23,028 nucleotides of DNA, from positions 1 to 23,028 of the forward strand of contig CAMOKV010000020.1 in NCBI GenBank assembly GCA_946618065.1. The letters are read 5' to 3'. The position numbers were made by a program, and so were the translations under genes. Position 1 is the stretch's first letter, and each line of letters begins with the position of its first letter. The DNA comes from an uncultured Sutterella sp. (GTDB lineage: Bacteria; Pseudomonadota; Gammaproteobacteria; Burkholderiales; Burkholderiaceae_F). Under the pieces are notes generated by a model. The model did not search any database. It was not told the DNA's origin and saw only the letters and a list, made by a program, of their open reading frames with translations. Shown in pieces: positions 10,046 through 18,177 of this stretch.

Positions 10046-11216
10046 GAAACTCTCCTCTTATGCTCGATGCACCCTGACTCGAAAGGACATCCCTCGCCTG
10101 CTCCTTCTGCAGAACCAGTCTCTGGGCCCGGCGAGTCCTGTCCTTCACCTCTCCGGCAAGCTGGCCGCACGCGGCATCAATATCATCGCCACGAGTCTTT
10201 CGCACGGTCGTCACGATGCCTGCCTCGTTGAGAATCTTTGCGAAGTCAAGAACACGCTGACGATCAGGCTTGGACAAGCCCGAATCAGGGAAGGGATTAA
10301 ATGGAATCAAATTGAATTTGCAAGGAACATCCCGGACAAGCCGGATCAGCTCCCTAGCCTGCTCGGGAGCGTCATTGACGCCGCCAAGCAAAAGATACTC
10401 GAAGGTAATGAAGTCCCTCGGAGCGACCTTGAGATAGCGTTTGCATGCCGCCATCAGCTGTTCGAGAGGATGCTTGCGGTTGACCGGCATCAGTTTGTCT
10501 CGAAGCGCGTTATCGGGTGCGTGCAGACTCACGGCAAGCGCAACCGGAGCTGCCTCGCCAAGCTTGTCCATCTGATTGACGAGACCGGATGTCGACACCG
10601 TCACACGGCGCCGGGACAAACCGTACCCGTTGTCATCGAGGAACAGCCTGAGCGCGGGGATCACATTTTCCAGATTCTGCAGGGGCTCTCCCATGCCCAT
10701 CAGAACAACGTTGCTGATGATGCGGTCATTGGGATCGGTGATTCCGCACTCCTGCCTGAGCTCCCTCTCGGCGTACCAGAGCTGGCCGACAATCTCGCTC
10801 GTGGCAAGGTTTCTGTTGAAACCCTGCTTGCCGGTCGAGCAGAACAGGCACCCCATGGGGCATCCGGCCTGCGTCGAGATGCACAGCGTCCCGCGGTCGT
10901 CCTCGGGAATGAACACCGACTCAACAGCATTGCCGTTACCTACATCAAAGAGCCACTTGCGCGTACCGTCAGCACTTTTTTTCTCAGTGATGGGCGATGG
11001 CGCTTTGATGTAGGCCAGGTCCTTCAACTTGGCCCTGAAACTCTTTGCCAGATTGGTCATCTGATCAAAATCATCCACGAGGAACCTGTGCATCCAGCGG
11101 GCGAGCTGAATCGCACGGAAAGGTTTCTCCCCGTGCTCGGCGCACCACTTCCTAATCATCTCGACATCCATGTCGAGAAGATTGATGCGCCCGCCTTGAT
11201 CCAACTGCTCGCTCAT
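10038..11216 (-). CDS. rlmN: RlmN, radical-SAM 23S rRNA/tRNA adenine-C2 methyltransferase
   Basis: ATG at 11216-11214 gives [16 protein letters not shown]..., the same MSEQL start as E. coli RlmN. CxxxCxxC radical-SAM motif ([15 protein letters not shown]). The ORF-track TTG start at 11237 adds 7 residues and is less likely. The 3' end overlaps the rodZ start by 8 nt. Confidence 0.9.
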   Translation of the reverse strand: MSEQLDQGGRINLLDMDVEMIRKWCAEHGEKPFRAIQLARWMHRFLVDDFDQMTNLAKSFRAKLKDLAYIKAPSPITEKKSADGTRKWLFDVGNGNAVESVFIPEDDRGTLCISTQAGCPMGCLFCSTGKQGFNRNLATSEIVGQLWYAERELRQECGITDPNDRIISNVVLMGMGEPLQNLENVIPALRLFLDDNGYGLSRRRVTVSTSGLVNQMDKLGEAAPVALAVSLHAPDNALRDKLMPVNRKHPLEQLMAACKRYLKVAPRDFITFEYLLLGGVNDAPEQARELIRLVRDVPCKFNLIPFNPFPDSGLSKPDRQRVLDFAKILNEAGIVTTVRKTRGDDIDAACGQLAGEVKDRTRRAQRLVLQKEQARDVLSSQGASSIRGEFHD

Positions 11217-11258
11217 CGACGATTCTCCATCTGGCAAAGAGTGCTCACTGTGCCCGGA

Positions 11259-11684
11259 TTAGCGGCTGCAGATGGACAGCGTCGGGAAGAAGTAGGCGAT
11301 CTCCACGGCGGCGGTCTCCGGTGCATCAGACCCGTGCACGGCATTGGCGTCGATCGAGGAGGCGAAGTCAGCGCGGATCGTACCCGGCTCGGCCTTCTTC
11401 GGGTCGGTTGCGCCCATCAGCTTGCGGTTCTTGGCAATCGCCTCTTCACCCTCAAGCACCTGGATCATCACGGGGCCGGAGGTCATGAACTTGACGAGAT
11501 CCTTGAAGAAGGGACGGTCCTTGTGCACGGCATAAAAACCCTCAGCCTCGGCCTGGGAGAGATGACGCATCTGAGCGGCAACGATCTTCAGGCCGTTGGA
11601 CTCGAAGCGAGAGTAGATCTGCCCGATCACATTCTTGGCGACGGCATCGGGCTTGATGATGGAAAGAGTACGCTGAATAGCCAT
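11259..11684 (-). CDS. ndk: Nucleoside diphosphate kinase (141 aa)
   Basis: ATG at 11684-11682 gives [15 protein letters not shown]...NAVHGSD, the canonical Ndk sequence with catalytic His. The ORF-track version carries a 13-aa N-terminal extension that was rejected. Confidence 0.92.
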   Translation of the reverse strand: MAIQRTLSIIKPDAVAKNVIGQIYSRFESNGLKIVAAQMRHLSQAEAEGFYAVHKDRPFFKDLVKFMTSGPVMIQVLEGEEAIAKNRKLMGATDPKKAEPGTIRADFASSIDANAVHGSDAPETAAVEIAYFFPTLSICSR

Positions 11685-11897
11685 TTTTTTCTCTTTTTTC
11701 AAAGTTAAAGCCAACTCCGACATAGCGGAAGCGGGCGGGAAAACATCGGCCCGGGAGGCGCGCTCGCCATTGCTGTGGCAGGAACGGGTGCAAAGGGCAC
11801 ACTAAAGCCTGAGCCGAAAAAACTCAAACTGTAATTTTAGCAGAGCAACCTCGCTCTCCTGACAACTTTTTTCTGCTTTTTAGGGTCTGCGGAACAA

Positions 11898-13334
11898 TCA
11901 GTTCGGCGTCTCATTCACCTCGGACGAATTCAGTTCGGGCAGTTCCGCCTCCAGTTCGGCCTTTTCAGGCCGGGGCCCCGGCTCAAGAACCGCCATGCTT
12001 TCAACATGCCCGGTGTGAGGAAACATGTTCATGACACCGGCCTGCCGCACGTGCCAGCCGCCCTCATGCAGCAGTATCGCGCAGTCTCTGGCGAGCGTCG
12101 CCGGATTGCAGGACACGTAGACTACCCGCCTCGGGCGCTTCTCGGTCATGGCAAGCGTCTGCGCTAGCGCCTGAGCTCCCTCTCTCGGAGGGTCGATCAG
12201 CACCCGGTCGATTCCTCCCATCTTCTGCCAGAGTGCATCCCAGTCCTCGATCTGCCAGGTGAACAGGTTGCGGGCGATAAACTCGGTCTTGTTCGCAAGG
12301 CCATTGTCCTCTGCGCCCTTCCTAGCGCGCTCAACGAGTCCCTCGCTGCCCTCGATGCCGATCACGCGGCGAGCGCGCGTGGCAAGCGGCAGGGTGAAGT
12401 TTCCTAGACCGCAGAAAAAGTCCGCAACGCTCTCATCAGGGCCAACGCCGAGGAGCCGCACGGCACGAGAAACCATCGTTTCATTGAGCTGATGATTGAC
12501 CTGGGTGAAGTCGGTCGGTTTGAAAACAATCCGAACGCCAAATTCATTGAGGGCAAGCCCGAGCTTGCTGTCATCTCCGGCAACCATCGGGTAGACGGAG
12601 TCCGGCCCCTTGGGTTGTAGCCAGATTGCACAGTCATGGTTGCGGCCGAAAGCAAGAAGCGTCTCTCGGTCCTCGTCGGTGGGCGGCTCAAGCGTCCGGA
12701 ACACCAGAGCCGTATGTCCGTCACCGCCCACAGCCACTTCGATCTGCGGCATGCGGTCGCGAATGGTCAGCGCAGCCACGAGTTCTCGCATCGCCGGAAG
12801 CATGTCTGAAATGCTCTGCGGCAGAATGCGGCACTCGGTCATGTCAGCGACATAACTCGAACTTTTCTCATGGAAGCCAACCAGTACGCCGCCCTTCTTT
12901 GCGACATTGCGCACGGTGAGGCGGGCTCTGTGCCGATAGTGCCAGTACGGTCCATGGATCGGCGGCAACAACCTCTCGGGCCTGACCTTGCCGATGTGCC
13001 AGAGAGCATCCAAAAGCACCTGCTGCTTGAACGCAACCTGAGCACGCGGTTCAAGATGCTGCATGGCGCACCCGCCACAGCTGCCCGGTCCGATGCCGAA
13101 GTTCGGACAGCGGGGCTCCACGCGCAGCGAGCTAGGTGTTTCAACCTCCACCACCGAACCGATTTCAAAATTCTGTTTGTTGCGGATGCGCTCGTAAGTC
13201 ACGCGCTCTCCGGGCAGGGCTCCCTCGATGAAGACAACCTTGCCATCATGATGCGCGACTCCGCGCCCTTCTCCGTCGAGTCGTTCCACATCAGCGGAGA
13301 ATCTCTCCCTTTGCTTGATCTTGCCGCGGGTCAT
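11898..13334 (-). CDS. rlmD: RlmD/RumA-type 23S rRNA (uracil-C5)-methyltransferase
   Basis: 478 aa with an N-terminal TRAM domain, a 4-Cys cluster ([14 protein letters not shown]...C) and a SAM-MTase core ([27 protein letters not shown]). About 25-aa acidic C-terminal tail relative to E. coli. Confidence 0.85.
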   Translation of the reverse strand: MTRGKIKQRERFSADVERLDGEGRGVAHHDGKVVFIEGALPGERVTYERIRNKQNFEIGSVVEVETPSSLRVEPRCPNFGIGPGSCGGCAMQHLEPRAQVAFKQQVLLDALWHIGKVRPERLLPPIHGPYWHYRHRARLTVRNVAKKGGVLVGFHEKSSSYVADMTECRILPQSISDMLPAMRELVAALTIRDRMPQIEVAVGGDGHTALVFRTLEPPTDEDRETLLAFGRNHDCAIWLQPKGPDSVYPMVAGDDSKLGLALNEFGVRIVFKPTDFTQVNHQLNETMVSRAVRLLGVGPDESVADFFCGLGNFTLPLATRARRVIGIEGSEGLVERARKGAEDNGLANKTEFIARNLFTWQIEDWDALWQKMGGIDRVLIDPPREGAQALAQTLAMTEKRPRRVVYVSCNPATLARDCAILLHEGGWHVRQAGVMNMFPHTGHVESMAVLEPGPRPEKAELEAELPELNSSEVNETPN

Positions 13335-13356
13335 ACCAGTCTTGTTCCGTCAGAAA

Positions 13357-13379
13357 GGCCCGGACATCTGATCCGGGCC
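13357..13379 (-). terminator. Perfect 8-bp inverted repeat (ggcccgga-N7-tccgggcc) downstream of nlpD; candidate intrinsic terminator or RNA stem
   Basis: Read directly from the sequence. On the minus-strand RNA the stem is followed only by UUUCUG, so the U-tract is weak. Located 29 nt after the nlpD stop and 23 nt before the rlmD ATG. Confidence 0.35.
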
Positions 13380-13407
13380 AAAAAGAATTTCTCCGATTTG
13401 GGAAAGC

Positions 13408-14292
13408 CTATTTTTCCAGATAATCCATCGGATCCTGGGGCTTGCCCTGCCGCACCTCAAAGCGCAACTTCACCCGGTCGGATTCAGTCTTGCCCATTCT
13501 GGCAATCGTCTGCCCCTTGCGTACGCTCTCGTTGATCGACACGAGAATCTTGCTACAGTTGCCGTACACGGTGACAAGGGGGGTCGGGCTCTTGCCCGGC
13601 AGTCTTACATTGTGACGAACGATCACGAAATTGCCATAGCCCTTGGTGTTGTTTCCGACATACTGAACCGTACCGTCGAGAACAGCCTTGATGGGCGTTC
13701 CCTCCGCGCCCGCAATGTCAATGCCCATACGGTTTTCGCGGAACGTGGAAATCACCGTCCCGCGCACAGGCCAGGGAATGACAAAGGCAGTGTCGTTTGC
13801 CGCAGCGCTCTCCTGCATTGCCTTCTTGGCCTCCTCCTGCTGCTTGCGTGCCTCGGCCGCCTCGATCGGCCTGTTAACCGGTTCGACCGTGGCAACACTC
13901 ACAACCTCAGACTCTGCGGGCTTCGGGGGGAGTTTGGAATCAGGGATTCTCAGAACCTGTCCGATTGAAAGTGCAGCCGGATTGCTGACCCCGTTCAGGC
14001 GCTGCAGTTCAGTCGGGTTAACGCCATAGCGCACTCCAATGTTGTACAGGGTGTCTCCGGAGGCAACGGTATGCGTGCGGCCGCTGTCCGATACGGCGGT
14101 CTGCGCTGCGTAATACTTGCCCTGCGGCGCTGTCTGCACCTCCGCGGTCGGAGTCGGACTGGCAATCGGGGCATAGCCGCTGTTCGGTCCGGACCGATCT
14201 TCAATCGGAGCAAGACTGATGTTCGTGCAGCCAGAAAGAAGCGCCGCACAGACGCCTGCGGCAACCAAGGCGATTTGTTTTGTTTTCATCAT
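13408..14292 (-). CDS. nlpD: NlpD-like lipoprotein: LysM peptidoglycan-binding domain plus M23 (LytM) peptidase domain
   Basis: Tandem ATGs at 14292/14289 give MMKTKQIALVAAGVCAALLSGC (lipobox). LysM motif (HTVASGDTLYNIGVRYGVNPTELQRLNG). C-terminal M23 fold (GIDIAGAEGTPIKAV...VRH). The upstream TTG start in the ORF track was rejected. Confidence 0.82.
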   Translation of the reverse strand: MMKTKQIALVAAGVCAALLSGCTNISLAPIEDRSGPNSGYAPIASPTPTAEVQTAPQGKYYAAQTAVSDSGRTHTVASGDTLYNIGVRYGVNPTELQRLNGVSNPAALSIGQVLRIPDSKLPPKPAESEVVSVATVEPVNRPIEAAEARKQQEEAKKAMQESAAANDTAFVIPWPVRGTVISTFRENRMGIDIAGAEGTPIKAVLDGTVQYVGNNTKGYGNFVIVRHNVRLPGKSPTPLVTVYGNCSKILVSINESVRKGQTIARMGKTESDRVKLRFEVRQGKPQDPMDYLEK

Positions 14293-14333
14293 CTGTTCAC
14301 GCACTAAAAAACCATTTACGCAAATTATTTTGG

Positions 14334-15083
14334 TCAATCACCGGCAACCCACGACGCAGTCTGCTTGACCAGTCTGTGTTCGGTCAGATCGATCTGCAGA
14401 GGCGTCACAGAGGCATACCCGTTGGCGGTCGCCCAGAAATCCGTTCCCTCGCCCGCATCCTTCGGAGAGCCTGCCGCACCTAGCCAGTACATGGGCATCC
14501 CGCGCGGGTTGATTTCATGGATCATGCTCTCGGCGTTGTGTCTGCGCCCCAGGCGCGTCGCCTGAACTCCTGCCATGCGCTCATAAGGCATGTTGGGCAT
14601 GTTGACGTTCAACAAAACCGCCTCCTCGGAGTGTTTTCGCTCGAGAAAACGCTCGACGATCACGCCTGCCATCCGCGCCGCGGAGTCCAGTTCCCCCCAA
14701 CCTCTGTCGATCTGGCTGAAGGCAAACGAATCAATGCCGAAGATGTAGCCTTCAATCGCCGCGGCCACCGTTCCCGAATACATCGTGTCATCACCCATAT
14801 TGGCGCCACAGTTGATTCCGGAAACCACCAGGTCGGGCCGCTCGTCAAGAAGTCCCGTCAATGCCAGATGCACACAGTCCGAAGGTGTGCCGCTCACGAT
14901 GAAAAAATCCGGCTCGGCCTTTGTTACCGTGAGCGGACGATTCAGGGTGAGCGAATTGCTTGCTCCGCTATGGTTGTGCTCGGGCGCAACAACGGTTACC
15001 TGGCCGAAACGGGCCATTTCCCTAGCCAGAGCCTTGATGCCCAGAGCCATATAACCGTCGTCATTGCTTACGAGAATCCGCAT
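14334..15083 (-). CDS. surE: SurE 5'/3'-nucleotidase
   Basis: ATG at 15083-15081 gives MRILVSNDDGYMALGIKALA..., the canonical SurE N-terminus with metal-binding DDG. 249 aa. Confidence 0.9.
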   Translation of the reverse strand: MRILVSNDDGYMALGIKALAREMARFGQVTVVAPEHNHSGASNSLTLNRPLTVTKAEPDFFIVSGTPSDCVHLALTGLLDERPDLVVSGINCGANMGDDTMYSGTVAAAIEGYIFGIDSFAFSQIDRGWGELDSAARMAGVIVERFLERKHSEEAVLLNVNMPNMPYERMAGVQATRLGRRHNAESMIHEINPRGMPMYWLGAAGSPKDAGEGTDFWATANGYASVTPLQIDLTEHRLVKQTASWVAGD

Positions 15084-15170
15084 CGGATTGATCCACAAAA
15101 CTTCTGTCCGAAGGCATTCTAAACGAGTCTGACACCGCTCCCATCAGATCCCGCCCCCACTGAAGGGCGG

Positions 15171-15680
15171 TCACCGCATCGGCGCCCCCACCAGAACACT
15201 CTGCCAGAAGGCGACAAACTCCCGCACTCTTGGGGCGTACTCCATCTCATGGAAGTTCGTGCCTGCGTTGGGCAGATTCTCGATCAGTTCGTAGAACCCC
15301 TGCAGAAACCGTTCTGAAACCCAGCCGACAACCTCTGCGTCGGAACTCGGAGCATGACGGCCAGCCTTTTGCAGATCCCCGGAAAACACCTCGCGGATGT
15401 AGTCGGCCAGTCCGCACGGATTCCACCCCTCGGCGCTCGCAAAGTGCTTGTTGCGGCCACAGAAGGTCTCCGTGAACCAGTTCACAAGGCGATCATCGGC
15501 CTGCGCAGCCTCTTGAGGGCTCATATTGCCATCGGAAACCTGCTGCATGCGCCGCAGAGTATTGCGAACCGCCTGCTCGAGGATTCCTCCGACAACGTCG
15601 ATGGATGCCAGATTCGGCTTCCCCGGCTCCCTGCTTGAAAAGTCCCTTGCACAGTGACCGCAATATCCGCACCCAGGCAT
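15171..15680 (-). CDS. Uncharacterised protein orfC (169 aa); paralog of orfA with an N-terminal CGYCGHC motif
   Basis: ATG at 15680-15678 is preceded by GAGGTGGAG 5-13 nt upstream. It starts 10 nt after the orfB stop. An alternative ATG at 15740 has no SD, would overlap orfB by 50 nt and would add a fourth Cys. The protein looks globular; no family recognised. Confidence 0.55.
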   Translation of the reverse strand: MPGCGYCGHCARDFSSREPGKPNLASIDVVGGILEQAVRNTLRRMQQVSDGNMSPQEAAQADDRLVNWFTETFCGRNKHFASAEGWNPCGLADYIREVFSGDLQKAGRHAPSSDAEVVGWVSERFLQGFYELIENLPNAGTNFHEMEYAPRVREFVAFWQSVLVGAPMR

Positions 15681-15690
15681 TTTCTCCACC

Positions 15691-16185
15691 TCAGGCTTTT
15701 GCGGGCAACGCGGCAAGCGCAAAACGCCCCGCCAGATCATCGATGGCAGCCTGCACGCTCTGCTGCGTAGCAGTCGGTTTCTGCACCTCGGTGGAGATCA
15801 GCTCACAGACCTTGCGCGTAAAGGCACTCGTTGCGGCAACCATGACAAAACGCGGATTACTCAGGTCGGCATGCTCCTCGGCATCCTTGATCCTTGCGAA
15901 CATCTCGGGCTCTACGGCCGCAATGCTGAGTGCGCAGGGCATGCCGCTCCAGCCGGGAACGCTCCGGAACTGCGGATTCTCACCCATCAGCGCACGGGCC
16001 AGGTGACGAGCAAGCGCGTCATCCATGTCCCGCGCCTTGTCCGCCTTCATGACCTGTCTTGCCACCTGCACGACCCGGAAAAGGATCTCCGTGCCCGCCA
16101 TGGAGAAAAGCTCCCGCACAACGGCAGGATCGCAGAGGTCATGCACCGTCTCGGATCTGTCCCGTTCGATATCCGTCAGGCTCAT
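15691..16185 (-). CDS. Uncharacterised protein orfB (164 aa)
   Basis: ATG at 16185-16183 overlaps the orfA TGA by 1 nt (TGATG), which indicates translational coupling. Normal, non-repetitive protein-like composition. No family recognised. Confidence 0.55.
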   Translation of the reverse strand: MSLTDIERDRSETVHDLCDPAVVRELFSMAGTEILFRVVQVARQVMKADKARDMDDALARHLARALMGENPQFRSVPGWSGMPCALSIAAVEPEMFARIKDAEEHADLSNPRFVMVAATSAFTRKVCELISTEVQKPTATQQSVQAAIDDLAGRFALAALPAKA

Positions 16186-16676
16186 CAAACCACCAATGGA
16201 AATTTCTGATTCGTGAAGATTTCAGACCACTTCACGCACAGGTCATGCACCTGCCGTGCGTCGCCTTCGGTATTGTCATCTGCATGCCAGCGAAGCGCCT
16301 CGAGCGTCTGATGAACGTCCGACAAAAACTGCAGGCAGGCAAAGAAGGCGGCGGTTCCTGGGCCGTTGAAGTGCCGTGCATCCTCTGCTGAGAGCGCCGC
16401 AAGCTCCCGGGAAAAGCGAAGCCTCAGCCGGGCATCGATCTGCTCGGACGTACTCTTGGTGCGGACTGCAACCTTGGGATTGTCCCCGCACATCGTCGCG
16501 CAGAACCAAGACAGCATCTGCGTGTCGCTTGCAGCTGCTGCCTCGGGGCTGATCTTGCGCTCAACGACCTGAGCCTGCTCCTCAACGATGTGCTCTACGA
16601 ACATGAAACAGAACTGGTACATCGCTCTGATGTCGTCAAGATCGACGGGAGTCTGCTCCTTCGGTTCCTTGCCCAT
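16185..16676 (-). CDS. Uncharacterised protein orfA (163 aa); paralog of orfC
   Basis: ATG at 16676-16674 with AGGAGA 6 nt upstream, 16 nt after the SPFH gene stop. Shares the motif ISPEAAAASDTQMLSWFCATMCGDN with orfC's MSPQEAAQADDRLVNWFTETFCGRN. Confidence 0.6.
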   Translation of the reverse strand: MGKEPKEQTPVDLDDIRAMYQFCFMFVEHIVEEQAQVVERKISPEAAAASDTQMLSWFCATMCGDNPKVAVRTKSTSEQIDARLRLRFSRELAALSAEDARHFNGPGTAAFFACLQFLSDVHQTLEALRWHADDNTEGDARQVHDLCVKWSEIFTNQKFPLVV

Positions 16677-16692
16677 GGCGCGTCTCCTGGCC

Positions 16693-17652
16693 CTACTTCA
16701 CGGTTCCAGTCGGCTTGGGCAGCACAGCCTTTCCGTCGCTAGCCTTCATGATGGTCATTGCCGAAGCAATGAGAGAAGTCATGTCGCCCAAATTAGCCGG
16801 AACGACGAGGGTATTCCCCTGCTTGGCGATCTGGGAGAACGCCTCAACATACTTTTCGGCAACCTTCAGGTTCACGGCGTTCATGCCGCCTTCGTCGGTC
16901 GTTGCCTGCGCAACGCGCCTTAATGCCTCAGCGGTTGCCGTTGCAATGGCAAGCGTCGCGGCTGCCTGGCCTTCGGCCTTGTTGATCTCGGCCTGCTTTT
17001 CACCCTCGGACTTGGCGATTGCCGCTTCGCGGGCACCGGTAGCCAAATTGATCTGCTCGAGCTTGCGGCCTTCAGACGCGGCCACGACGGCGCGCTTTTC
17101 ACGCTCAGCGGTAATCTGCTGCTGCATGGCCTGCAAGATGACTGCGGGCGGCGTGAGATCCTTGATTTCGTAGCGAAGAACCTTCACGCCCCAGTTGAGA
17201 GCCGCCTCATCGATTGCGGACACAACGGACTTGTTGATGAGGTCACGCTCCTCGAATGTCTTGTCAAGCTCCATCTTGCCGATCACGCTGCGAAGCGTCG
17301 TCTGTGCAAGCTGCGTAATGGCGATGATGTAGTTGCTCGTCCCGTAGCTCGCTCTCTGGGGATCGGTCACCTGGAAAAAGAGCACGCCGTCAACTGTGAG
17401 CTGCGTGTTGTCCTTGGTGATGCAGACCTGGCTTGGCGTATCCAGAGGCACCTCCTTCAGACTGTGCTTGTAGGCCACGCGGTCGATGAGGGGAATGATG
17501 ACGTTCAGGCCTGGGCTGAGAACGCTATGAAACTTGCCAAGCCGCTCGACAACCCAAGCCGTCTGCTGCGGCACGACCTTGATGCACTGGCTCACGAAAA
17601 TGACCGCGATCACCAGCAGAACGATCGAAAAGATCAGGAAGTTGGATATCAT
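16693..17652 (-). CDS. SPFH/band-7 stomatin-like protein (QmcA/YbbK-type)
   Basis: 319 aa with an N-terminal TM helix (MISNFLIFSIVLLVIAVIFV), an SPFH domain and an Ala/Glu-rich coiled-coil C-terminus. SD GAAGGGG precedes the ATG at 17652. Confidence 0.85.
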   Translation of the reverse strand: MISNFLIFSIVLLVIAVIFVSQCIKVVPQQTAWVVERLGKFHSVLSPGLNVIIPLIDRVAYKHSLKEVPLDTPSQVCITKDNTQLTVDGVLFFQVTDPQRASYGTSNYIIAITQLAQTTLRSVIGKMELDKTFEERDLINKSVVSAIDEAALNWGVKVLRYEIKDLTPPAVILQAMQQQITAEREKRAVVAASEGRKLEQINLATGAREAAIAKSEGEKQAEINKAEGQAAATLAIATATAEALRRVAQATTDEGGMNAVNLKVAEKYVEAFSQIAKQGNTLVVPANLGDMTSLIASAMTIMKASDGKAVLPKPTGTVK

Positions 17653-17675
17653 TTTTTCCCCTTCTCAAGAACAAA

Positions 17676-18095
17676 TCAGTTATTCGTCAACACCAGCCGG
17701 GAGCCCTCTACCCGAACGATCCGGTAGACGCCGGCAGTGGTCGCCACACCTTCATCGGCAACTGCCGTCCATTGCGTGCCACGGTACTGGACGAGCGCCG
17801 TACCGTCCTCGTTCCACGCTTGAACGCGGACGCTTTGGCCAACATCCAGATTCTGAATCGCATGGGATTCATCATTTTGCTGTCCCCGAAGGTGCCGAAC
17901 GACGAGCCCGCCAATCACCGCAACCGCAGCAAAGGCAAGGCACTGCCAGCCAACCACCAGTCCGAGCCATGCACACCCTGCTGCCGCAAGGCAGGCCGCC
18001 CCGAGAACAAGCAGATAGAACGTGCCGACCAGCATCTCTGCGCCGCACAGGATCAATCCCGCAATCAGCCACATCCACTGAGGTGTCAAGAGCAT
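17676..18095 (-). CDS. NfeD-like membrane protein (short form, YbbJ-type), partner of the stomatin-like protein
   Basis: Two N-terminal TM helices (WLIAGLILCGAEMLVG...), then a C-terminal OB-fold-like beta domain (VGQSVRVQAWNEDGTALVQYRGTQWTAVAD). ATG at 18095 has a GAGG SD; the alternative ATG at 18140 has none. The stop is 24 nt before the SPFH gene start. Confidence 0.65.
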   Translation of the reverse strand: MLLTPQWMWLIAGLILCGAEMLVGTFYLLVLGAACLAAAGCAWLGLVVGWQCLAFAAVAVIGGLVVRHLRGQQNDESHAIQNLDVGQSVRVQAWNEDGTALVQYRGTQWTAVADEGVATTAGVYRIVRVEGSRLVLTNN

Positions 18096-18177
18096 TTTCA
18101 AACCTCGAACAAACCAAGACGACAACGGCGTCGCCACCATTGAAAGTCTAACGACTTTTTCACGGCAATTCGGGACG

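Noticed and set aside
11685-11723. 13-aa N-terminal extension of Ndk ([13 protein letters not shown])
   Set aside because: Canonical Ndk begins [13 protein letters not shown] at the ATG at 11684.
14293-14337. Upstream non-ATG start for nlpD (MTKIICVNGFLVREQ)
   Set aside because: It would overlap the surE stop and place 15 residues ahead of an otherwise textbook lipoprotein signal peptide that begins at the tandem ATGs.
16185-16676. Possible TorD/NarJ/DmsD (redox-enzyme maturation protein) or hemerythrin-like nature of orfA
   Set aside because: orfA shows only faint motif resemblance (W-F-x4-G…ED-x2-HF-x-G versus the REMP LF-x-G…EP-x-DH; an HxxEE as in hemerythrins). Spacing and further motifs do not fit, and no molybdoenzyme partner is nearby. 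It is mentioned only as something profile searches could test.
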